In this document: piece by piece, positions 45,263-53,969 of the stretch | Layout: each line of letters begins with the position of its first letter | How positions within the stretch are numbered: position 1 is the first letter of the stretch | Source of the DNA: a virus | DNA: 64,000 bases | Reading direction: 5' to 3' (one strand) | IMG/VR virus record: IMGVR_UViG_3300046170_000289 | Notes under the pieces: generated by a model | The model's input: the letters and a program-made list of their open reading frames with translations, nothing else | Database searches by the model: none | Told to the model about the DNA's origin: nothing | Position numbers and translations under genes: made by a program

Positions 45263-46251
45263 ACCTTTTTCCAATCTGTAAGTTGTACCTTTGCTGTTAA
45301 TCCTGAAAAGGTGTTGCTTTTTATTATAGCAGAAGGGTCAAGTCCTGCCAACACCATGTCATTTATGTCTTTTTCTTTTACTGACTTCGGCCAGATTACT
45401 ACTGCCTCGCCGCTTCCAATTGCCGCATCAATCCTAGACACGATCTGTCGATTTCTTGGCTCGTTGTCGAAGACCCAGACCCTATGTGGATAAGGAAGAG
45501 TGCGGTGGTCAACATCGCTGCCACACATAGCAACAGATTGCTTAATGAAAGTACTGTCGAATGGTCCTTCTGTGACATACACTGTCTCCTTAGGGTTTAC
45601 TTGGTCTTGTCCGAATAGTTTGAGTTGATCCTCAAACATCACGGTGATGTATCGTAGCGTAGAAGTTGCTGCCATAGATCTACCCTGAATGCCAAACCAA
45701 TTACCGTCCTTGTCAATGAGAGGGATAATAATTCTAGGTCTGTCATTCTGTAGGTTATCAAATGTCTGGCGTTGCGTATTAACCCACCTCTTAAACTTGT
45801 CAACATAGAAGAATCTACCCAGTTGATCTTCTGGGATTCTTCTATCGAGGAGATACTTCTTGGCGGGGTGCGTTGTATTTAGCTCGCTGATCGGAGTGAG
45901 ATCTGTCACTTTGTTAGCAAACTTTGGCTTTGCACCTTTGTATTGAGGAGCAGGTGTGTGCCTACCTTTACCAGTCATCCCCTGCTTATATTTCTCCATG
46001 ATGTATTCATCATGAAGGTCCACCGCATTGTCCTTTAGAAAATTAGACAGCGATCTACCCATGCCACAGTTGTGACACTTGAAAATGTATTCAGTCTTCT
46101 TCAGAAAAAAATAACCCCGTGCCTTATTCTTATGCTTCTGTGAATCACCACAGTAAGGGCAGCGGAAGTTATAAAGTCCAGACTTGACGTGTTTGTATTT
46201 CTCTAGCCTAGTGCTGAGGAGTCTGATGTATTTGTCATCGACGTAATCCAT
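45259..46251 (-). CDS. gp61: DNA primase gp61
   Basis: NFRCPYCGDS..FKCHNCG zinc finger; VTEGPFDS, FDNEPRN, KDINDM TOPRIM. Confidence 0.95.
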   Translation of the reverse strand: MDYVDDKYIRLLSTRLEKYKHVKSGLYNFRCPYCGDSQKHKNKARGYFFLKKTEYIFKCHNCGMGRSLSNFLKDNAVDLHDEYIMEKYKQGMTGKGRHTPAPQYKGAKPKFANKVTDLTPISELNTTHPAKKYLLDRRIPEDQLGRFFYVDKFKRWVNTQRQTFDNLQNDRPRIIIPLIDKDGNWFGIQGRSMAATSTLRYITVMFEDQLKLFGQDQVNPKETVYVTEGPFDSTFIKQSVAMCGSDVDHRTLPYPHRVWVFDNEPRNRQIVSRIDAAIGSGEAVVIWPKSVKEKDINDMVLAGLDPSAIIKSNTFSGLTAKVQLTDWKKV

Positions 46252-46634
46252 GCAGGGGAGTCCACTGCAGGTAGCATAGCAGAAGGATCGCCAGGTGTCA
46301 ATGACCTAAGCACTGCTTGACCTGGGACACTGACGAGGAAAGAGATTACAGCGAGTCCACCGAAGATGGTCCACATCTTTTTCTCCATCATCCTAAGTCT
46401 ATCATCTACCAAACGAATGTCTCTCTCACAACCTTTCTTGATTGTGTCACATTCTTTAGTTAGATCTGAATGAAGTCTGTCCACTTTCTCGAATAGAATA
46501 CCATCTACTTCACTCTGTGTGGATAACTTCTCGTTATGCACAGCAAGTAACTGACCCATTTTGACACTGTTGTCTTGCAGTGAGTCAACTACCTTTTCTA
46601 ATCGCTCTAGAATTGCTGAGTTAATGTCTGCCAT
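46203..46634 (-). CDS. coiled-coil protein with C-terminal TM
   Basis: Heptad pattern then MWTIFGGLAVISFLV. Confidence 0.7.
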   Translation of the reverse strand: MADINSAILERLEKVVDSLQDNSVKMGQLLAVHNEKLSTQSEVDGILFEKVDRLHSDLTKECDTIKKGCERDIRLVDDRLRMMEKKMWTIFGGLAVISFLVSVPGQAVLRSLTPGDPSAMLPAVDSPAWITSMTNTSDSSALG

Positions 46635-47023
46635 TATTCTGCTCTTAATGCTGCTTGTCGTTTCTTCCAGTAAAACTGGATTACATCATTAGGATATAGA
46701 CGTTTGACATCTAACTTCTTAAAGTTTTCTGGTCGATAGATCTTACGAAGCTCTATCTTCAGTTGTGCCTGGGACTTACTATACAATACATACTGCTCTG
46801 CTCCATCATACGAGATGAGGAATGGTAGGTATGAAGTATCTTTCTGTGCTCCCTCAGTTGCTAACATGTCAGACTGAGAGATTGTGTAGCGACGACGCTT
46901 CTTAGGTTTCTTCTTCGACCCTCCTAGGAGAGGAGTGAAACCAGCATTGGGTCCAGTAGCATCAGCAGTATTGCTGAAACCACCATCGCCTGCGCTCATT
47001 GTTGGTGCGTCTTCATTCATCAC
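46634..47023 (-). CDS. hypothetical phage protein
   Basis: EDAPTMSAGDGG N-terminus; TAATG coupling. Confidence 0.7.
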   Translation of the reverse strand: MMNEDAPTMSAGDGGFSNTADATGPNAGFTPLLGGSKKKPKKRRRYTISQSDMLATEGAQKDTSYLPFLISYDGAEQYVLYSKSQAQLKIELRKIYRPENFKKLDVKRLYPNDVIQFYWKKRQAALRAE

Positions 47024-47391
47024 AGATCTTCTAGTAATTCTTTTACGTCGTTATCGATATCAACAAGGTCAAGACATCCAGCAGGGATCTGTGGATATCT
47101 ATTCAGATATACAAGAAAGGTCTTTATGAGAGACCAATATTCTCTTTCTAGTTTATACATTAGTAGCGGGATCGTCCCGTCACCGAATACATTAAACAGA
47201 ATGATGAGATGATTCAGTATCAAATTGACACGGAGGACACCAGTCTTCAAATACCTCTTGAGTAATCTCTTAAGGTATTTGAATTTCTTCATGTCCTCCA
47301 TAAAATCATCCACGGTTACTGACTGTGGATTATCATAATGCTGAATAGCAAACATCAAATAGTTTTTTTCATTAAGTAAATCAAAGTGCAT
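47020..47391 (-). CDS. conserved T4-like hypothetical protein
   Basis: LMFAIQHYDNP..FKYLKRLLKRY..LILNHLIILFNVFG. Confidence 0.8.
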   Translation of the reverse strand: MHFDLLNEKNYLMFAIQHYDNPQSVTVDDFMEDMKKFKYLKRLLKRYLKTGVLRVNLILNHLIILFNVFGDGTIPLLMYKLEREYWSLIKTFLVYLNRYPQIPAGCLDLVDIDNDVKELLEDL

Positions 47392-47410
47392 TATGTAAAA
47401 AAGTCAGTTA

Positions 47411-48235
47411 TCAAGACCCGAAGGTCACAGTTGCAGCACCATCAGTGATCACTTCTTCTGTGCCACCTGCTGAGGTAATCTTGACGCGATACTTGTAACC
47501 GTCCAGAGCGTCGCTAGCGAGGCCACTGTAAGCAAGAGTTGCGGTCGTGAAGTCTGCATAGGTGATACCTGTGTCAAGTCCAGCAGTGATGTTAGTCCAC
47601 TTCTTGGTAGAGCTAGCAGTCTGACGTTGCCAGACATAAGCAAGTGCTCCAGGTGTTCCTGTGGTAGAAGTGCTGAGCGTAAATGTGCCAGCGCCAGAGG
47701 AAGAAGTAGAAGCAGCAGGTTGTGCAGTAACAGTTACAGCAGATGCAACATCAGCAACGATGGTGTCATCAGCGTCGTCACCAGCAGCACCAGCAGTAGC
47801 ATGGACGAATGCAATGCACTCAGCCTTATGCTTGGTGTCTCCAGCAGCGGTGGTGTATGTGCGATACTGCCACCAACCAGGACCAGTGATACCGCGAGAC
47901 TTATTCTCAGCGAGTGACATCTCAGTGGTGTCAACAAATACGAGATCGTATGAGTTGCTATCGCCACCTTTGATTACATACTCAGCAACCGCTTTAGGTG
48001 CAGTCCTACGGACAGCGCCAGCGAGTGCAGCAGCAGTGCTACCTGCGTATGCTTTGTGCAATTCGATTGCAGTAGTGCTAGTAACTTCTTTAACGATGTA
48101 TGCAACGTTAGAGAGCTCTAGAATGTCGCCCACGACGACAGTATCCGCAGCGTTTTTCGTAACAGTGGCGTCACCATTGGTGACCGCTACATTGTTGGCG
48201 AAGGTTGCGGCATCAATTTTTCCAAATACAGCCAT
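47411..48235 (-). CDS. virion structural protein with C-terminal Ig-like domain
   Basis: Late promoter upstream; PGWW motif; TAQPA..AYVWQ..DGYKYRVKIT. Confidence 0.75.
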   Translation of the reverse strand: MAVFGKIDAATFANNVAVTNGDATVTKNAADTVVVGDILELSNVAYIVKEVTSTTAIELHKAYAGSTAAALAGAVRRTAPKAVAEYVIKGGDSNSYDLVFVDTTEMSLAENKSRGITGPGWWQYRTYTTAAGDTKHKAECIAFVHATAGAAGDDADDTIVADVASAVTVTAQPAASTSSSGAGTFTLSTSTTGTPGALAYVWQRQTASSTKKWTNITAGLDTGITYADFTTATLAYSGLASDALDGYKYRVKITSAGGTEEVITDGAATVTFGS

Positions 48236-48269
48236 TGTTTCTCCGTGTATGAAGATTATTCCTATAAGT

Positions 48270-48277
48270 TATTTATA
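48270..48277 (-). promoter_or_regulatory. T4-type late promoter
   Basis: Exact TATAAATA. Confidence 0.7.
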
Positions 48278-48278
48278 G

Positions 48279-48455
48279 CTATTCTTCTTTCTGAAACAGA
48301 AGCGACTCCACAACGTCCACAGCCTTGTCATCCAACTTGTTGTCAGTTGTAGACACCAGTGAGCGCAGCACGTCCACGATAAAGTGACGCACTTCGTCTT
48401 TACCGAGTAGTCCGATAATTGTTTTCTTTGCTAGGGGTAGGAAAATTGCCCACAT
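48279..48455 (-). CDS. small hypothetical protein (58 aa; not in ORF track)
   Basis: Hand translation MWAIFLPLAKKTIIGLLG..STTDNKLDDKAVDVVESLLFQKEE. Confidence 0.65.
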   Translation of the reverse strand: MWAIFLPLAKKTIIGLLGKDEVRHFIVDVLRSLVSTTDNKLDDKAVDVVESLLFQKEE

Positions 48456-48492
48456 AGATCAGTCCTCGTAGGTTACTGATCTATATATGTGT

Positions 48493-48882
48493 TTACTTCC
48501 CGCCTGCCTTCTTTCTATCGAAATCGATAGTAGCTTGCATCATCTTCGCCTTCATGCGCTCCTTGGCAGCCTTCTTAGCAGCGTCGTCTGCTACGTTGTC
48601 AGCTTTAGGTGCAGCAGCAGGGGGATCGCATTCTTCTTTCTTGACATCCTGACCAGGCTCATACCATTTGCCGTCGCCGTCAGAGTCTTGCCAACGCTTG
48701 CCTGCTTTCGCAGCTTTGATGTGTTTGTCTTTCTTTTTGGCAGCTTCCTTGAGTGCTTCCACACTACTAAGGATTCTACTTCTCAAATGTTCAGACATAA
48801 GGTCCTCTTTTCTTGGATTGATGGTGACATTTCCTTTTTTGGTTGTCTTCAGAGATGTTTCTTTATGACCGATAGGCTTCAT
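48493..48882 (-). CDS. K/E/A-rich putative internal head protein
   Basis: KRWQDSDGDGKWYEPGQDVKKEE; late promoter upstream. Confidence 0.6.
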   Translation of the reverse strand: MKPIGHKETSLKTTKKGNVTINPRKEDLMSEHLRSRILSSVEALKEAAKKKDKHIKAAKAGKRWQDSDGDGKWYEPGQDVKKEECDPPAAAPKADNVADDAAKKAAKERMKAKMMQATIDFDRKKAGGK

Positions 48883-49754
48883 TCCATCTCCCCCATCTTT
48901 TGCAATTCCGCTTCAGTAAACAATCCTGAGTCGGATAGTTTATTTATAAAGTCCTCATTCTTTGCTTTGAGGTTTGCTTTACGCATTTGCAATTCTGCGC
49001 GACCGCCCTTGTCCATTCTACCTTGTGCCTTTGGTTTCTTAGAACCACCTGCAGGTTGTGGACCAGCACCACCATCATCAACTCTTCTACCATGAGAGTA
49101 CTTTGCACCACTCCCTTTAGAATCACCAGAGACCATCTTGCCACCCTGTGAGCGACCGTCCTGATACTCTTTCTCACTCTGTCCGTGCTTACCTTTATAG
49201 AGCTCTGTCACGTCTTCTTCTTTGACACAGTTAGGGACATCTTTGCCGCCCTTCTTCTTAGTGCCACTTGCTTTGTATCCGTCCCAACACTTGCTAGCAC
49301 CCACATTCTTGCGTGCTTGCTTGAGACCTTCAAGCATTTCTTGATGGAGATCATCGATATCAATACCGACCACTTCTTCTTTAGTGGTCACACCGAGGTC
49401 AGCAGCATCTCTCGCTGACTTCTCACCTTTCTTACCGACAACAATGTAGCGACCGTCTGCCTTCTTACCAGTGATGAGCATAGAGTCACCACCTGATTGG
49501 ACAACACGACCAACATTTCGATCATCCTTATACTCTGCCTTCTTCTTGGAGACAGTGTTACGATCAACTTTGAATCCTGCATAGCCTTCAATTGTAGGCT
49601 CGTAAGCATCGAATGCTTCCATCACTTTCATGACACCTGTGTGGAGTCTCTGTGATTTGGGAAGAGTATCTTCTTCGATTGCCTTGAGGATATATGCCTG
49701 CTCAGTGGGATTGTAATCCATGAGTGCCGCAGACACCAGCATTTCTAACGTCAT
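48879..49754 (-). CDS. putative internal head protein (291 aa)
   Basis: KCWDGYKASGTKKKGGKDVPNCVKEE motif; charged low complexity. Confidence 0.65.
   Translation of the reverse strand: MTLEMLVSAALMDYNPTEQAYILKAIEEDTLPKSQRLHTGVMKVMEAFDAYEPTIEGYAGFKVDRNTVSKKKAEYKDDRNVGRVVQSGGDSMLITGKKADGRYIVVGKKGEKSARDAADLGVTTKEEVVGIDIDDLHQEMLEGLKQARKNVGASKCWDGYKASGTKKKGGKDVPNCVKEEDVTELYKGKHGQSEKEYQDGRSQGGKMVSGDSKGSGAKYSHGRRVDDGGAGPQPAGGSKKPKAQGRMDKGGRAELQMRKANLKAKNEDFINKLSDSGLFTEAELQKMGEME
48941..48948 (-). promoter_or_regulatory. T4-type late promoter
   Basis: Exact TATAAATA. Confidence 0.65.
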
Positions 49755-49784
49755 GTTTCTAAACCGAAATGAATTTCGCTAATA

Positions 49785-50900
49785 CTATTTAGTTTGAGCA
49801 GATTTTCTGAAATCTGTGAATTTAATTGTCTTCTGACCAGGGGTCATGTCCTGAAGTGCTTGACGATAGCGATCAGTCCCTGCTTTCCAGGTGTTACCAC
49901 TGCCATCATCGGCACTGTAGTTACTCTGATCCTTAGTGGTGTCAGCAGCAACCTCTTGTGCATGACTAAGATCATCTGGTCCTAGTTGTGCAACTTCAGT
50001 GATGTGTTGTAACCAGCAGCGATGCTCACCACCCCAACCATCACGCATGATGATGTAGTTAGTGCCACGATGAGCAACCTTACCACGGATACCACTGTCA
50101 TCATGCTCTACAATTGCACCCACCTTGTAGATGTGGTTGAGCATATAGTGATCACGGAAGGCATCGAAGTCAAGTTTAGGAGCGTATGACCACACAGATT
50201 CGTGGACAGACTCACCCTTCTTACCCTTCTTCGCTTTAGGTGGAGGTGTCATCCCTTGGATAACATCACCCATCAGTTTCTTAGAGTCCTTGTATCCACC
50301 AGTCCCAAGATGGAATGATTCGTGATCTCCCCCTTGGGCATGTTTCCGCATTGCTGATGCTGACAGATTTTCGATAGGGTCATCACTATCAGTAGCACGA
50401 GCACCTGCAGACTTAATGTTAATAGACTTGAAGTCATAGTGCATACCATTATATTTGTTAGCAAGAGTTTCAAACTCTTTCACACGGTCATCTCCGACCA
50501 CCATAGTGACATGCTCATGTCCCTCATCATGGAGGTCACGAAGAATGTCAAAGATATTTCTATGTGCTTCGTTGTTTTGGATAGCATCCTTGTGCCCCTT
50601 AAACATCTTACGCATATGATCCACCTTCTGATGTGCAGTCAGTGGATTCTTCTTATGATCTTGTGATCTAGAAGGGTAGATACGATAGTTACCTGAGTCA
50701 CCACCATGTGCCTTGACTGCATCAAGGAGTTTACCATGACCAGCATGGGGTGGGTTAAACCTACCGAAGGTGATAGCAACATGCTTATCATCTAACTTTG
50801 CTTGGGCAGCAGGAGACTTCCCCTTATTAGAAGTGGAAGGTTTCTTAGCAGCAGGCTTTGCTGCAGCTGCTGCCTCCCTGATAAATTGAATAAATCTCAT
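49785..50900 (-). CDS. HxGH nucleotidyltransferase (cytidylyltransferase-like)
   Basis: ITFGRFNPPHAGH, SRSQDHKKNPL, VVGDDRV, SASAMR; ATGA coupling to upstream gene. Confidence 0.88.
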   Translation of the reverse strand: MRFIQFIREAAAAAKPAAKKPSTSNKGKSPAAQAKLDDKHVAITFGRFNPPHAGHGKLLDAVKAHGGDSGNYRIYPSRSQDHKKNPLTAHQKVDHMRKMFKGHKDAIQNNEAHRNIFDILRDLHDEGHEHVTMVVGDDRVKEFETLANKYNGMHYDFKSINIKSAGARATDSDDPIENLSASAMRKHAQGGDHESFHLGTGGYKDSKKLMGDVIQGMTPPPKAKKGKKGESVHESVWSYAPKLDFDAFRDHYMLNHIYKVGAIVEHDDSGIRGKVAHRGTNYIIMRDGWGGEHRCWLQHITEVAQLGPDDLSHAQEVAADTTKDQSNYSADDGSGNTWKAGTDRYRQALQDMTPGQKTIKFTDFRKSAQTK

Positions 50901-52096
50901 TTGCCCCAATCTTTTGCGACGGTGAAGTTTGCTCGTGAAAACTCTAGACGATCAACAAGTTTGATTGCTTGTCCATCCATGATTGCTACAAATCCTTCTG
51001 GACTTGTGACACGGTATCCTTTCTCGTCTTCCAAGAAAGTACCCACGCCTTCAATCTTTGTAAGTTTATTTATCACTTGCTCTTTTGCAGCGATAAGGTC
51101 CTTGAATCCAGTAAATGTATGGATCATTACAGACTTATTATTATTTAGGTAAGCGAGAGCGTCTACCTTACGACGCTTCCACTCTTCCTGTGACTTCTCA
51201 GTCTTTTTCTTCTTGATCTCATCGTCATATTTCTTGGTCACAAAGTTAACATAACCAGTAGCAATGCCCTCTGCAGAGGGGACAGTGCCACCACGAATGA
51301 CTTGGTTGAAGTAGATCTTGAAGAGAGCAGGAGGTGCAAAGGTCTGTGGTCCACCTGCCTTCTGGATCTCATCTAGAAACTTCTTACCCTTAGCAAGACT
51401 ACGCTGTGCCTTACCGATAGTGCCATTGAGTTTGCTGATCTCACCTGGTGCAAGGTTTGCAATGCCATTGGTATTCTGGAAGGTGGAGGAGAAGACTGCA
51501 ACGTCTTTGACACCCTGCATACCAGATACATCAACACCGAAACCAGCACTCATATCACCAATGGAGGATCCACTGTAGGAGGTGTGGAATACAATGCCCA
51601 ACTTAGACTTAGCAACCTTAGCACCTAACTCAGAGTGCTTAGGAATCACATAGGTAATGGTGTTAGGTTTGAAGTTGTAGCATGGTTGACCACGCATGGC
51701 GATGACGTTAGGTCTCTTGGTATAGAGAAGGTCACCCTGCACAACACCTTTGATAGGAAGTTTCTTTAACTCCTTGAGGCACTGCTTCAGGATGTCAGCG
51801 ATTGCACCACCAGGATAGTGGAAGTCAATAAACTCATCAGTGTAACAAATCTTAGGAGCAGTCTTATTGAAGACTGACTTGGTGCCAACGAAAAACTCTC
51901 CTGTCTCAGGATCTGTGCCGCAAATGATAGCAGGAGCACCGTCCCACTTCACAGTCACCTTGGTGTTGTTGCCACCCTTACCTGTGGTGAGCATGTCACG
52001 AAGAGACTCTAGGAATCTAACAGCGTTGGTAGCGCCAGCAGATCCTTGGTTGAAGATGTCGTCTTCTAGGTGCTCTAGGTGTGTGTTTTTTGCCAT
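50897..52096 (-). CDS. conserved phage protein with ligase-like nucleotidyltransferase motifs (DUF6267-like)
   Basis: TVKWDG, VVQGDLL, GIVFH, PEGFV, IKLV. Confidence 0.7.
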   Translation of the reverse strand: MAKNTHLEHLEDDIFNQGSAGATNAVRFLESLRDMLTTGKGGNNTKVTVKWDGAPAIICGTDPETGEFFVGTKSVFNKTAPKICYTDEFIDFHYPGGAIADILKQCLKELKKLPIKGVVQGDLLYTKRPNVIAMRGQPCYNFKPNTITYVIPKHSELGAKVAKSKLGIVFHTSYSGSSIGDMSAGFGVDVSGMQGVKDVAVFSSTFQNTNGIANLAPGEISKLNGTIGKAQRSLAKGKKFLDEIQKAGGPQTFAPPALFKIYFNQVIRGGTVPSAEGIATGYVNFVTKKYDDEIKKKKTEKSQEEWKRRKVDALAYLNNNKSVMIHTFTGFKDLIAAKEQVINKLTKIEGVGTFLEDEKGYRVTSPEGFVAIMDGQAIKLVDRLEFSRANFTVAKDWGK

Positions 52097-52102
52097 GGTC
52101 TT

Positions 52103-52131
52103 ATTATAGGGCAGAATGGGGGCAACGTCAG
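52103..52131 (-). promoter_or_regulatory. sigma70-like promoter
   Basis: CTGACG-17nt-TATAAT upstream of the 399-aa gene. Confidence 0.5.
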
Positions 52132-52145
52132 GGTAGAGTGGACAC

Positions 52146-52934
52146 TTATAAACCTGGCTTCAGCAGGAAGTTAGCATCCTTGTCTAGGTCATGACTGCTC
52201 TTACCGAGTCCTGTTATCTTGATTGCCATCAGGAATGACCACCTTGCATTGGATGAAGAGTTAGTCTTAATACGAATCCTAATACTACTCTCTCTTACAG
52301 AGGAAGAGAATCGTGGACATCCATATCCCTCAGGATCTCTTCCCATATAAAATAATCCTTTACCCTTCACCTGTATATAATAAGTATTCTTTGAGTTATA
52401 ATACTTCTCTACTTCTTGTGCTGCTGCTGATCCCTTTGCTAGAAACTTATCTGGAAATCTTTTAAGATCTAATTTGTGTGCTGCCTTACGTTGATCAAGT
52501 GATGAGCTACTACTCAACGTAAACTTAGCAGGTATATTTTTTTGTGGTTGCCAATGAGAATTCGCTTCTCTTATGATGCCATAGGACTCGGCAATACCAA
52601 TCATTGTCTTTGCTGCTTCTTTCTGAGCAGACGCTTTATTCTTGTCAATGGTAAATTGCATTGACGAAGTATCAAAATCAAAATTCATTTGAGCGAAGTC
52701 GGCAGACAACTTCTCTTTCAACTCAAACTTAATTATCTGATTTTTATATGTGGGTGTCAATTCCAAGTCTGCCTTGGCACTATCTGCTCCTGCAGGATCA
52801 GACACAGTAAAACCTTCCTCTCTCAACTTCTTAATGAGATCCAATTCATACTGGAATCCAGCATTCATCTTTATCTCTTGTGGAGAGGGACCGTCCCCAT
52901 CGTATAATGGCTCTGTGTCGATCTTCTTCGGCAT
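52146..52934 (-). CDS. putative PD-(D/E)XK endonuclease
   Basis: DPAGADSAKADLEL..KFELK pattern; AT-rich relative to flanks. Confidence 0.55.
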   Translation of the reverse strand: MPKKIDTEPLYDGDGPSPQEIKMNAGFQYELDLIKKLREEGFTVSDPAGADSAKADLELTPTYKNQIIKFELKEKLSADFAQMNFDFDTSSMQFTIDKNKASAQKEAAKTMIGIAESYGIIREANSHWQPQKNIPAKFTLSSSSSLDQRKAAHKLDLKRFPDKFLAKGSAAAQEVEKYYNSKNTYYIQVKGKGLFYMGRDPEGYGCPRFSSSVRESSIRIRIKTNSSSNARWSFLMAIKITGLGKSSHDLDKDANFLLKPGL

Positions 52935-52960
52935 TAGATAGAGAAATTCTACCTAACTAT

Positions 52961-53197
52961 TTAGTCAGGTGCTTTAGAAGGGATCCATGGGTCACGAGTT
53001 TTGTTTTTGATAACAATGAAGGCATCCTTATTATACTTACGATGCCCTTTAGGTGATGACCACTTCTTATTGTAACCTTCAGGTTGATCGATACCAGAGA
53101 CAACAGTGCCTCCAATCTCGATCGCAATGTCATCATGTCTTACATCCCACCCAAGAGTTTGCATGGTCTCCCAGAAATCTTCTTGTGTAAACCTCAT
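52961..53197 (-). CDS. hypothetical cyanophage protein
   Basis: IEIGGTVVSGID..WSSPKGHRKYNKDAFIVIKN. Confidence 0.7.
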   Translation of the reverse strand: MRFTQEDFWETMQTLGWDVRHDDIAIEIGGTVVSGIDQPEGYNKKWSSPKGHRKYNKDAFIVIKNKTRDPWIPSKAPD

Positions 53198-53312
53198 CGT
53201 CCAAACCTCTGATCCATTTTAAGTTTAATGTAATACATTCCCAACAACCAAACGGAGAAGAGAAATCCTTCCCCGTAACTCATGGTATTCCATGCGTGGA
53301 CTGCGCTATCCA

Positions 53313-53969
53313 TTAGATATCTCCAGGAGCACGATTCTCACTGTAGTTAACATCAAACATACCCTCAGGGTAACGTGCTGCCAGTTTCAGTGTGTTGATA
53401 TAGATGATCTCATCAAGTCGCATGTCCAGTGCCATGGCAGCATTGGCAACATACCACATGATATCACCCAACTCTTTCTGCAGGTGCTCTTTGTTAGCAG
53501 TGTCCCAAGGTTTGCCTTGGAATTTAATCTTCTTAACGATCTCCATAAACTCTCCACCCTCTGCACAGATACCTGCAGCAGCAGTGTCAAGACGCTCAAT
53601 GTTACAACCTGCTTTGTGCAACTCAGTGAGTCGCTCCATGTAAGAAACGTAGTCCTTACTAGCAGGAGAAGTAACACGATCTACAAAACTGCAATAGCGA
53701 TCAAGATCCACTTCAAACTTTTCTTTACCACCCCCCGCTGCAGCGGCAGCAGCTTTCTTCTCTGCTGCTTTCTTCTTGGTCTTGGGTGCAACAACGTCTT
53801 CGTTGTTAAGCATCTCCTCAGGGGTCTTGGGAGTAGCGTCAGCGACCTGTTGAGCACGTTGACGCTCGTCTTCAATCTTCTCTTGGGCATCACCAGAGAT
53901 TTTCTCTGCTTGATTTTCCAACTCATAATTAGGGTCACCACTTTGGGTGAAATTGTTAGGGTCGCTCAT
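53313..53969 (-). CDS. mazG: MazG-family nucleotide pyrophosphohydrolase with N-terminal extension
   Basis: AAGICAEGGEFMEIVKKI..KELGDIMWY..NTLKLAARYP. Confidence 0.92.
   Translation of the reverse strand: MSDPNNFTQSGDPNYELENQAEKISGDAQEKIEDERQRAQQVADATPKTPEEMLNNEDVVAPKTKKKAAEKKAAAAAAGGGKEKFEVDLDRYCSFVDRVTSPASKDYVSYMERLTELHKAGCNIERLDTAAAGICAEGGEFMEIVKKIKFQGKPWDTANKEHLQKELGDIMWYVANAAMALDMRLDEIIYINTLKLAARYPEGMFDVNYSENRAPGDI

Noticed and set aside
52133-52155. CCAG..AAGTGTCCAC box upstream of a sigma70-like promoter
   Set aside because: Only one clear copy and one partial look-alike (near 25866) in the window; too little to define a motif
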